Of a stretch of 64,000 nt of DNA, positions 9,844-18,400 are shown one piece after another. The notes beneath the pieces were generated by a model. That model searched no databases. It saw only the letters and a program-made list of their open reading frames with translations, and had not been told where the DNA came from. The DNA is from an uncultured Acidobacteriota bacterium (GTDB taxonomy: Bacteria; Acidobacteriota; Terriglobia; Terriglobales; Acidobacteriaceae), in NCBI GenBank assembly GCA_963800405.1, contig CAWDBW010000071.1:557-64556 (forward strand), read 5' to 3'. The first letter of the stretch is position 1. Every line of letters starts with the position of its first letter. A program made the position numbers and the translations under genes.

Positions 9844-10770
9844 TCAGGCTCTGGCTTGAAAACGATAGTGCCACACTCTGGCTGCGCCGATGAGGTTGGT
9901 ATCTTCTCCCAGAGAAGCGAGCATGAGTCGCGTCTTCTCGGCTGGGACGAAGCGGCAACCGCTGGCGATGACTTCTCGAATGCGGTCGAGAAAAAGCGGC
10001 GCGCTTTTCATGACGCTGCCGCTGAGCACGATCGCATCAGGCGTAAACAGGTTGATCAGATTGGCGAAGCCCAGGCCGAGGTAATACGCCTCATGTTCGA
10101 CCGCTTGCAGCGAGACTTCATCGCCCTGTTGCGCAAGTTCACAAATCCTCTTGGCGGTGATCCCTTCGCGATGCGGATAGCCCGCAGGCGCGTGGCTTTC
10201 GACCCATGCCACCATGGCTGGACCGGCGGCCAGGGATTCCCAGCAGCCATGGAACCCGCACGAGCACTGCGGGCCCGCCGGATCGAGGACCTGATGGCCG
10301 ACCTCGGGATGCGCGCCGTCGACGCCGCGATAAAGCTGGCCATCGATAATAATTCCGCCACCAATTCCGGTGCCGACGGTCACATAGATCAGGCGTGAGC
10401 GATTCCGCCCCGCGCCCCATCCCGCTTCGGCGAGCGCGGCGGCGTCGCCATCGTTTTCCAGCGCGACGCGCACATTGAAAATCTCGGCAAGATCCTTGAC
10501 TGGACTTTTCCCGCGCCATCCGGGCAGAAAATCCACGTCGCCAAACTCGCCGCTCATGGGATCGACCGGCCCCGTCGATCCGATGCCGATGCCGGTGAGT
10601 TCCTCGCCCGCCTTACTCGCGGTTTCAAGCAGCATGCCGGCAATCAGATTCAGGCTGTCCACGTAATTATTGGGATCGGTCGGCGCCTGCATCCGGGCAA
10701 GCACCTTGCCGGCGGCATCGACCATACCCACCGCGATCTTCGTTCCCCCGATGTCGACCGCGCCGATCAT
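9844..10770 (-). CDS. ROK-family sugar kinase
   Basis: N-terminal ATP motif GAVDIGGTKIAVGMVD and the ROK zinc motif CSCGFHGCWES. Confidence 0.85.
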   Translation of the reverse strand: MIGAVDIGGTKIAVGMVDAAGKVLARMQAPTDPNNYVDSLNLIAGMLLETASKAGEELTGIGIGSTGPVDPMSGEFGDVDFLPGWRGKSPVKDLAEIFNVRVALENDGDAAALAEAGWGAGRNRSRLIYVTVGTGIGGGIIIDGQLYRGVDGAHPEVGHQVLDPAGPQCSCGFHGCWESLAAGPAMVAWVESHAPAGYPHREGITAKRICELAQQGDEVSLQAVEHEAYYLGLGFANLINLFTPDAIVLSGSVMKSAPLFLDRIREVIASGCRFVPAEKTRLMLASLGEDTNLIGAARVWHYRFQARA

Positions 10771-10812
10771 CGGGCTTTCTCACGCGCCATCATTCGTTTC
10801 CCTAACCAATTC

Positions 10813-10904
10813 TTGTCATCCTGAGCGAAGCGAAGGACCTATGCAATGGCGGAAGCTCGGCGCCGGCAAGTTACATAGGTCCTTTGCTTCGCCCAGGATG
10901 ACAG
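10813..10904. repeat. Second copy of the TGTCATCCTGAGCG palindromic repeat family (compact 92-bp hairpin form)
   Basis: TTGTCATCCTGAGCGAAGCGAAGGACCTATG...CATAGGTCCTTTGCTTCGCCCAGGATGACAG, lying between the oxidoreductase and ROK genes. Confidence 0.85.
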
Positions 10905-10940
10905 ACCGTAGAATTTATTCCACCTACTCCCGATATCGCC

Positions 10941-12155
10941 CTAATACTCTGGCGTGATCGCCTTGGCTTCCTCCAGCGTGAGCCGCCGCTTGTTTTTGTA
11001 GGACAGGTTCGACATGTGCACCGCGATGGCCGACCGGTAGCCGATTTCCGGCGGAGCGTTCGGAACACCGCGGCTGCGGACGCAATCGATCCAGTTGGCC
11101 ATGTGATCCTGATCCTTGGTCTTGCCGCGTGTGGCGTCTCCGCTGGGACGGTTCGTCTTCTCGGGCCAGTATTGCAGCGGCTCTTCGAAGTGATGTTCGA
11201 ACGTTCCGTCGCTGCCCAGAATGCGGTCGCCCAGTTCGTAATGCTTGTTGCTGAAAGTGGACTGCCAAGTGACAACAATCTCGCCGGGAAAATCGAGCGT
11301 CACTGCGATCGTATCCGGCACTTCGCGGCCGTCCTTTTCTGAGAACACGCCGCCCGACATGTAGGCTGCCGAGGGCAGCGGCAAATCGAGCGCGCCCATG
11401 ATCCAGGCGATCTGGTGCACCATGTTCTCGGCGCAGTTGCCGCCGGCGAATTCCCAGAACAGCCGCCAGTTGATGAGCTTGTAGGGATCAAAAGGGATTT
11501 CCGGCCGGCCATTGAGAAACGCGCTCCAGTTCACATTCTGCGCGGTGCAGTCCGACGGAACCTGCCGCACCCACTGGCCCTTGCCGTGAGGAGTGTTGCG
11601 GCCCATCCAGGATTCGACCTGAGTGACTTTGCCGATCCATCCGTCTTTGATCATCTGTTTCGCGTCGACCAAGGCGCCGGAACTTTGATGCTGCAATCCG
11701 ATTTGAATGACGCGGTTGGAAGCCTTGGCCGCAGCCAGACATTTATCCGCTTCCGGAATCGACCAGGTCATGGTCTTCTCGGAATAGAGATCTTTGCCGG
11801 CGGCCAGCGTGTCCAGAAAATGCCGGCAGTGAATGTGCAGCGGACTGGCCACGATGACCGCGTCGATATCCTTCATGTCGAGCAGGCGGCGGTGATCGTC
11901 GAAGGTCTGAATGCCGGGCACTCGGCCTTTCGCCTGGTCGCGACGGCGGCTGTAGACGTCCGCCATCGCCACGACCTCCGTGCCGCGGACGTTGAGAATT
12001 TCTCCCAGCAAATCGTTGCCGCGATCGCCCACCCCGATCATGCCCACGCGTACTCGATCATTCGCGCCCAGCACTTTCGACGTTGGATAGGCCAGTACCG
12101 CTGCGGTGCCCAGCGCGGCCTGCTTCAGAAATGTACGCCTACTTTGATCGGTCAT
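10941..12155 (-). CDS. Tat-exported Gfo/Idh/MocA-family NAD(P)-dependent oxidoreductase
   Basis: Tat signal MTDQSRRTFLKQAALGTAAVLA. Rossmann motif VRVGMIGVGDRGN. 404 aa. Confidence 0.85.
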   Translation of the reverse strand: MTDQSRRTFLKQAALGTAAVLAYPTSKVLGANDRVRVGMIGVGDRGNDLLGEILNVRGTEVVAMADVYSRRRDQAKGRVPGIQTFDDHRRLLDMKDIDAVIVASPLHIHCRHFLDTLAAGKDLYSEKTMTWSIPEADKCLAAAKASNRVIQIGLQHQSSGALVDAKQMIKDGWIGKVTQVESWMGRNTPHGKGQWVRQVPSDCTAQNVNWSAFLNGRPEIPFDPYKLINWRLFWEFAGGNCAENMVHQIAWIMGALDLPLPSAAYMSGGVFSEKDGREVPDTIAVTLDFPGEIVVTWQSTFSNKHYELGDRILGSDGTFEHHFEEPLQYWPEKTNRPSGDATRGKTKDQDHMANWIDCVRSRGVPNAPPEIGYRSAIAVHMSNLSYKNKRRLTLEEAKAITPEY

Positions 12156-12253
12156 AATTTATTCGCTCGCCTCCAGTGCTCCAGGATAGAGTTCCCAGCC
12201 CGGGTGCCCCATTTCTCGCGCGCCCTTTGCGCAAGAAGTAGGTCTTACGTGTC

Positions 12254-13249
12254 TTACAAAGCGTCCGCGTCTTGCAGGAGTTTCTTCATGCCTGCCCAGC
12301 TCTTGCGCGAGCATTCCTCGGGCGTGCCGCCGCCGCTCCAGTGCGTCTCCAGGCTCACCGCATAGTGGTAGCCATCGCGCTTGAGCGCTTTATACTGGCC
12401 GGCCCAATCGATGAAGCCCCCGCCCATCGGCGCCCAATCAGTTCCCTTACCTTTCTTGACAGCATCTTTGCAGTGGCAATGGCCAATGCGTTCCTTAGGG
12501 AGAAGATTGTAGCCATCCGGATACGGCGTTTCGCCGGCAGCAGCGGCGTTGCCCGGATCCCAATTCAGCATGAGCGCAGGCGACTGCACCGCGCTCAAGA
12601 CTTTAACGGCTTCCGCAGCCGTTGCCGTATTGCACGCGGACTCGTTTTCGAGCACCAGGATGACGCCCTTCTTCTCCGCCTTGGCGGCCGCTTCCCGCAG
12701 TTTGTCGTTGATGGCAGCGCGATACGGTGCCTGGTCTTCGAGTCTCCAGAAATCGAAGCAGCGCACGCGATCGGTCTGGAAAGCTTTGGCCAGATCCATG
12801 GCGCGGTCGAGGACTTCATCCTGCTGCTGCAGCTTAAAGTCCGCCCCGAAGCTCTTGGCCTCGCTGAATTTCGATTTCGGCGCGCCCGGCCAGTCGACCT
12901 TGAACAGCGGGCTGGCGATGTCGGTAACTTTGAGCTGATATTTTTCGAGAATGCGGCGCGCCTCCGCCACCTCCTGGTCGTCGAGCTTGAGGATGTTCTT
13001 CTTCCACATGCCGCGCAGTTCGATCCAGCCCATGCCAAACTCCTTCGACGCGACTTCACAGGCGTGGCCGAAATCCTGGGAAATCTCATCGTTGATGACC
13101 GATACCCGGAACGGCGAGCCTGCATCGGCCGAGCCGAAGCGGGAGGTCCGGGAAAACGCGGAGGTCGAAGTAAGCGAAGATGCGGCCTTGGCGGCCGTTA
13201 AGGCGACCATTCCCGCGAGAAATTCGCGGCGGGCAAACTGGATGGGCAT
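12254..13249 (-). CDS. Tat-exported sugar phosphate isomerase/epimerase (xylose-isomerase-like TIM barrel)
   Basis: Tat signal MPIQFARREFLAGMVALTAAKA. Body pattern ...GWIELRG...VILVLENE...HCHCKD typical of AP-endonuclease-2/XylA-like TIM barrels. Confidence 0.78.
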   Translation of the reverse strand: MPIQFARREFLAGMVALTAAKAASSLTSTSAFSRTSRFGSADAGSPFRVSVINDEISQDFGHACEVASKEFGMGWIELRGMWKKNILKLDDQEVAEARRILEKYQLKVTDIASPLFKVDWPGAPKSKFSEAKSFGADFKLQQQDEVLDRAMDLAKAFQTDRVRCFDFWRLEDQAPYRAAINDKLREAAAKAEKKGVILVLENESACNTATAAEAVKVLSAVQSPALMLNWDPGNAAAAGETPYPDGYNLLPKERIGHCHCKDAVKKGKGTDWAPMGGGFIDWAGQYKALKRDGYHYAVSLETHWSGGGTPEECSRKSWAGMKKLLQDADAL

Positions 13250-13409
13250 GACCTGCTCCTTGGGAGACGTCGGTTACGGCCGCGAAAACGGCGGAAGGGA
13301 CAATCTACCACCATCGAAACTCAAGCGGTAGAAGAGCAAGGAGAAAGTTATGCGGAGCCTGCGGCAGGATAGGAAGTGAAGAGCCCCTGAGACAGGAAAG
13401 CTGAGCGCA

Positions 13410-13445
13410 AAACAAAACGCCCCAGACTCGATTTGAGTCCTGGGA
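13410..13445 (-). terminator. Intrinsic terminator of RNA unit 1
   Basis: Minus strand: UCCCAGGACUC-AAAUC-GAGUCUGGGG followed by CGUUUUGUUUU. Confidence 0.7.
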
Positions 13446-13544
13446 CGTCTGTTGATCAGCCCTCCCCCAAGTGCTGCTCAAGAACACTCTAACTCTACCC
13501 TTGAACCCGGTAAATGGCTCGGTCGTGCTATAGGTGGCACGAAC
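13410..13544 (-). ncRNA. Unit 1 of a tandemly duplicated ~135-nt structured-RNA candidate ending in an intrinsic terminator (family not recognised; sRNA or cis-acting conditional terminator)
   Basis: Near-identical to unit 2 at a 165-nt offset. Contains a 5' hairpin CGUGC-N8-GCACG. Internal blocks are conserved between copies. Ends with a terminator stem plus CGUUUUGUUUU. Confidence 0.45.
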
Positions 13545-13573
13545 GGCGCATGCCAGGGGAAATTCTTGCCCAC

Positions 13574-13610
13574 AAAACAAAACGCCCCAGACTCGATTAG
13601 AGTCTCGGGA
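13574..13610 (-). terminator. Intrinsic terminator of RNA unit 2
   Basis: Minus strand: CCCGAGACUC-UAAUC-GAGUCUGGGG followed by CGUUUUGUUUUG. Confidence 0.65.
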
Positions 13611-13709
13611 CGTCTGTTGATCAGCCCTCCCCCAAGTGCTGCTCAAGAACACTCTAACTCTACCCCTGAACCCGGTAAATGGCTCCCCCGTGCCATATGT
13701 AGCACGAAG
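13574..13709 (-). ncRNA. Unit 2 (upstream copy) of the tandem structured-RNA candidate
   Basis: Same architecture as unit 1. Differences are confined to the 5' hairpin, the 3 nt after it, one G/A further downstream and two terminator positions. Confidence 0.45.
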
Positions 13710-13822
13710 GTGTGACCCGCCATAATCCATTGATAATACAGGTCCTTAATCAAGTTTCGCGACGAGTCCCATTGGCCAGAAAGGCCTGCAAACCCCAGTG
13801 CGCCCTCTGCGCCCCGGTTCCC

Positions 13823-15265
13823 TTAGCTGATACCCACCTTATAACGTGGCCACTGCGAACGGATCGCGTTGTGGTCGATCACTGGCTCGCCTTCGCACTC
13901 CACTTCGAAGACGGTTGTGGGACGGTCCGGCGCCTGCGTGGGCAATCCCGTCAGACGCAGCGAAAACTCGTCCTGCGCAAACGTTACGCTCTGGCCGGTC
14001 TTCAACAGACGCACGGATTTCACTTTGGTTTTCAGACCGCCAATGGCAACCACGGTGGGCGGTTGAAAAAACGGCAGCCACTCCGCCGCCGGAGAATTCC
14101 CCGGCCAGTACTGCTGGTGGATATACAGCGTGTTCCCGCGGCGAGTGTAGTTGGCATTCGAGTTCCAGCTATATGATCCGCGTTCTGTGCCGTAGATCGA
14201 CTTGCCGTTGCCGTCGAGCCACTGGCCAACCGTTTCCAGAATCTCCACCGATTCGGCGGGTACCGATCCGTCGGGTTTGGGACCAATATTGAGCAGATAA
14301 TTTCCGCCGCCCTGCGCACAAGTGGCCAAGTTACTCACGATAGTCTTGGCGGTTTTCCATCCATCGTCGCCGCGATTAAAACCCCAGCTGTCGTTCATGG
14401 TCATACAAGTTTCCCAGGCGCGTCCCTTTTCGGCCGCCGAGATCTCCTGTTCGGGCGTGGAGAAATCTCCGTCCAGACCATTGCGGTTGTTCACGATGAT
14501 CTCGGGCTGGAGTTCGAAGACCATCTTGTTCATGCGCTCCGACTCCCACTGTTCCGCGGTCAGCGGCCAGTCGACGTCATACCAGAGCACATCGATTTTT
14601 CCGTAGTTGGTCATCAACTCGCGGATCAATCCATGCGTGTAGGCCACAAAACGCTGGCGCGCCGCTTCGTCTGTCTTGCAGCGCATGCCATCGGGATGGT
14701 GCCAGTCCATCAGCGAATAGTAGAAGCCCACGCGCAGCCCCTCGGCCCGCGCCGCGTCCACAAATTCGCGAACCAGATCCCGGCCCGGCCCCTGGCGCGG
14801 AGCACAGTAATCGGTGAGCTTAGTGTCGAAATGACAGAAGCCCTCGTGATGCTTGGTGGTCATCACCATATATTTCTGGCCGGCGCGGCGCGCCAGCCGG
14901 GCCCACTCCCGCGCCGCGTTCGGCTTCGGCTGAAAATGTTTTGCCAGCAACTCGTACTGCGGAATCGGAATTCCCTCCACCTCCATCGCCCATTCATGCT
15001 GGCCGACCACGCTGTAGAGTCCCCAGTGGATGAACATGCCGAATTTGGCTTCATGCCACCAAGCCATGCGTTGCTCGCGCGTGGCCGCTTCCTTGGTCGC
15101 TTCCGCAGAAGGGCGTGCAGTCGGGCTCTGCTGTTCGGCGCCGGCGATGCTCGCGGCATTCGCAGCGTGCGCCGAAGCTGCCATCGCGCCGGCACCAGCT
15201 ATTCCTGCGCCGGCAATTCCAAGATTCTTCAGAAACAACCGCCGGGAAACCGTATCCGTTCTCAT
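13823..15265 (-). CDS. Tat-exported alpha-L-fucosidase, GH29
   Basis: Tat signal RRLFLKNLGIAGAG. GH29 N-terminal block EAKFGMFIHWGLYSVVGQHEWAM...KYMVMTTKHHEGFCHFDT. Confidence 0.9.
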   Translation of the reverse strand: MRTDTVSRRLFLKNLGIAGAGIAGAGAMAASAHAANAASIAGAEQQSPTARPSAEATKEAATREQRMAWWHEAKFGMFIHWGLYSVVGQHEWAMEVEGIPIPQYELLAKHFQPKPNAAREWARLARRAGQKYMVMTTKHHEGFCHFDTKLTDYCAPRQGPGRDLVREFVDAARAEGLRVGFYYSLMDWHHPDGMRCKTDEAARQRFVAYTHGLIRELMTNYGKIDVLWYDVDWPLTAEQWESERMNKMVFELQPEIIVNNRNGLDGDFSTPEQEISAAEKGRAWETCMTMNDSWGFNRGDDGWKTAKTIVSNLATCAQGGGNYLLNIGPKPDGSVPAESVEILETVGQWLDGNGKSIYGTERGSYSWNSNANYTRRGNTLYIHQQYWPGNSPAAEWLPFFQPPTVVAIGGLKTKVKSVRLLKTGQSVTFAQDEFSLRLTGLPTQAPDRPTTVFEVECEGEPVIDHNAIRSQWPRYKVGIS

Positions 15266-15493
15266 GGACGGTATTCGCTCCTCCCTGGAACTTTCAACTC
15301 GTAGAGTATCCCTCGGAAAGTGCGGAGCAGCAACTGCATTGTCACCAGCGGTGCGATTGTGACAACCAACCGAGGTGCGGTGAAGAATTGAGCAAGATTC
15401 CTAGCCGTCTCTCAAGGAAGCGATGGCAGTCCGCTCTCAGCAGACTCAATTGGGCGAACGCAAATTCGATCCCAAGCCGATGATCTAGCATCG

Positions 15494-18400
15494 CTAAAAT
15501 AAGAGTTTCAACGCCACCTGGATCACCCGAGGACCCACATCCGACTGGACTTGCCCGAAGGTCGGCGATTCAATGTCGCTAACCGGCAAGCGGAAATTGG
15601 TGTGGTTCAGCAGATTGAACAGTTCACCACGGAATTGAATCTCTTTCGATTCCGTCAGCCGAATATTCTTGAAGGCCGAGGCATCCCAGTTCATGTATCC
15701 CGGACCCTGAACTACGTTGCGGCCTTCGTCGCCGAACACTTCGAACCGGCCCAGAGGGTCCGGTTGGAGTTGCTGGAAGGCGCTAACGTTGAACCATTCC
15801 TGCGGCGTGCGCGGACCAGAGTTTGGATTGCCAATCACGTTTGGACGGTTCGCGGAAAATCCCGTGATCTCCGGCGCCTGCCCTTGCAGCGAAGGATCGC
15901 CTGAGTCGTATACCGTGAACGGGCCGCCACTCATCGCAGTCACAATTCCGTTCAACTGCCAGTTGCCGAGAATGTGCCCATACCATGTACTTGAGTGCTG
16001 CAAGAATGGAAGGCTCCACTGGTAACTCAACACGAAGCGTTGGTGGGAATCGAACATGGACCGGCCGCGCTCGGCCGCAAGATCAAATGGATTCTGCGCC
16101 AGATCATTTTCTCCTGCTACGTCCTGTGCTGCCGACCCAGTAATGTTGAAGGAAGAAACGTCATCGATGGAGTGTGACCAGGTGTAAGACGCAAGGAAGG
16201 ATAACCCGTGGCCAAAACGTTTGCGCAGGCTCGCTTGCAGGGCGTTGTAGCTCGAGTTTGCGATACTCGCGATCTCGCCGACCGAACTGTAGATGCAATT
16301 TCCCGCAGGCTCCGCCAGCGTACATCCAGAATAGAGACGACGGTAATTCACATTGTTTTCGGTGGAATTCAGACACGGGTTTGCTACAGAACAGCCCGAG
16401 CCAGTCGTGGTAAACCCGGGGACAAAAACGGGCGGGTCGCCTTCAATGAATCGCGGCAGCCGCACACCAGTCGTGCCCACGTACCCGATCTGCAAGAGCC
16501 AGTCTTGGCCAAGAGACCGTTGGATGTTTAGATTCCAATCCTGCGCGTAGGGCAGATGCAGATTGCGCGCGACCACCAGCAGCGTCATCGGTTCGGGGAA
16601 AGCCTGACTGAAAGGATTCGGAGTATAAAACGGATTGGCGAATGAGTTGACGGGAAAACTTATCTGCTGAGTCTTCAGGTAAGGAGGCGCGCTAACAGGA
16701 TCTTGCAGCGGCCCACCTTCTCCGGTGTAGTAAGGCTCGTAGAAAATACCGTAGGCCGCACTTACCACCGTTTTGGAATCTCCACGCGGGTCCCACGCAA
16801 CGCCAAAGCGTGGAGCGAACGCGGTCTTCTGGGTTGGAATCAAACCCGCGGGCACGCCGGGATCACCGGGATAGAGAAGTCCCACCGGAGCATCGGGAAG
16901 CACTTGGGATTGTGCTCCCGGAACGAAGAGATTCACCTCGTTGTTGTTCTCAGTGGAGGGGAAGGGCACCTCGTAACGAAGTCCCAGGTTCAGCGTCAGG
17001 CGAGAATTGACCTTGTAGGTATCCTGGCCGTAAGCATCTAGAGCTCGGTCGCGGATTTCACGAGCGAAGTTACCGCCGCCTTGCAGGAAGACCACTGGAT
17101 TGCCGGACAGGAAGCTGGCAAATCCGTCGCTGTAGGGAAAGTTGGCGAACACAAAAAAGCCGTTGCTGGCGATACCCTGCAACGCGTTGATCTGATCCCG
17201 CCGATAGCCTCCGCCAAATTCCAGCTCGTGGCGGCCGTGGATCCAGCTCAGAGAACCGGAGACATCAAATGTATTCTGAAATGTGTTGCGGGGGCCCGTG
17301 ATGGGGTCGCCCACCGAAGCGTATCCGCCGACCTGAACGAACGGCGGTCCGGCAGCCGAAGGCAGCGTCGGCGCGTACTGAAAGCCGAAGTCCGCCGGCG
17401 ACTCGTGGTTCAGGTGCTCGTCCAGCAGAAAAGTATTGCGCAGGAAGGAAAAGCGCGCGACGCCAATGGTGGTAGGCGAAAAAATGTGGGTCTCTTGCGT
17501 GACGAAGTTCTGCGCGCGGTCATACTCGCCCACGGGAAAGCCGGGAACATTGGCGCCCACTGGCGACAGAGGATCCGTCGTCGGTCCGCTGCTGTACATG
17601 TAGCGGAAATTCAACGTGTCGGCACTGGAAAGGTACTGATCCAGGCGCAGTCCGAACTGGTCGTTATTCTCGCTCAGGGTCTGCGTGGCGATGAACCCGT
17701 TTTCTCCAACATTGGGCAACGGGAAAAGCGGCAAGACATTCGTCGCCGTCGGATCGATGGGCGTGAACAGCGTCATCTGGTTGAACGGCACCGGGGTTCC
17801 AAAAAACGTAAGTTGCCCATTCGGGTTACTGCACAGACCGGTGGTCTGGTCAAACGTGGCGTTGAGGTCGGTACACTCTTCCCCGAAGTTGCCCGTCCGT
17901 TCCGCCGCGGAAGGCACGGTTGCCGGCACGGTCTCCCCCTGCCGGTTGCGAAAGCCTTCGTAATATCCGAAAAAGAAAGTCTTGTCCCTGACAATCGGCC
18001 CGCCGAACGTGGCGCCGAATTGATTCTGCTTCAAGGGCTGCACGCTCTGCGTGAAGTAATCGGACGAATCCATGGCATCGTTGCGTAGAAATTCCCAGAC
18101 CGCCCCGTGAAATGAATTGGACCCTGACCGGGTCACGATATTCGTCGTGGAGCCGGTGTTACGTCCGAACTCCGCATTCGCGTTGTGGCTAAGAATTTTG
18201 AACTCGGCAATCGCATCGATCGGTGGCTTGAGCACAAATCCGCCGTCCACGGAGCTCACATTGTCGGCACCATCGATCAGGAAATTATTCGATTCCGGCC
18301 GCTGGCCGTCCACGGCGTAGCCCTGATTCTGCCGCGCCGGACCGCCAGCTTCGAGTAGACCAGGAGTCAGGGGCACGACGCCGGGCTGAAGCAGCCCAAG

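Noticed and set aside
13545-13573. Sigma-54 promoter (TGGCAT-N5-GTTCG) in the spacer between the RNA units
   Set aside because: The -12 element does not match TTGC(A/T). Without it the call is not supportable.
13410-13709. Assignment of the tandem RNA units to a known riboswitch class (purine, TPP, yybP-ykoY, glycine, c-di-GMP)
   Set aside because: There are only short coincidental matches (for example UACCGGG, GGGGAG). The defining conserved cores of those classes are absent, so the family is left unassigned.
13305-13730. 141-aa minus-strand ORF with an internal peptide duplication
   Set aside because: The duplication mirrors the 165-nt DNA repeat. The frame runs straight through two terminator hairpins and has no RBS or recognisable domain. 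It is treated as non-coding RNA or repeat sequence.
4178-18088. Other long antisense ORFs (for example 4178-5401+, 5994-6980+, 11415-12365+, 12272-13201+, 14633-15304+, 17081-18088+)
   Set aside because: Each lies entirely inside a well-supported gene on the opposite strand and shows low-complexity, R/G/A/V-rich composition.
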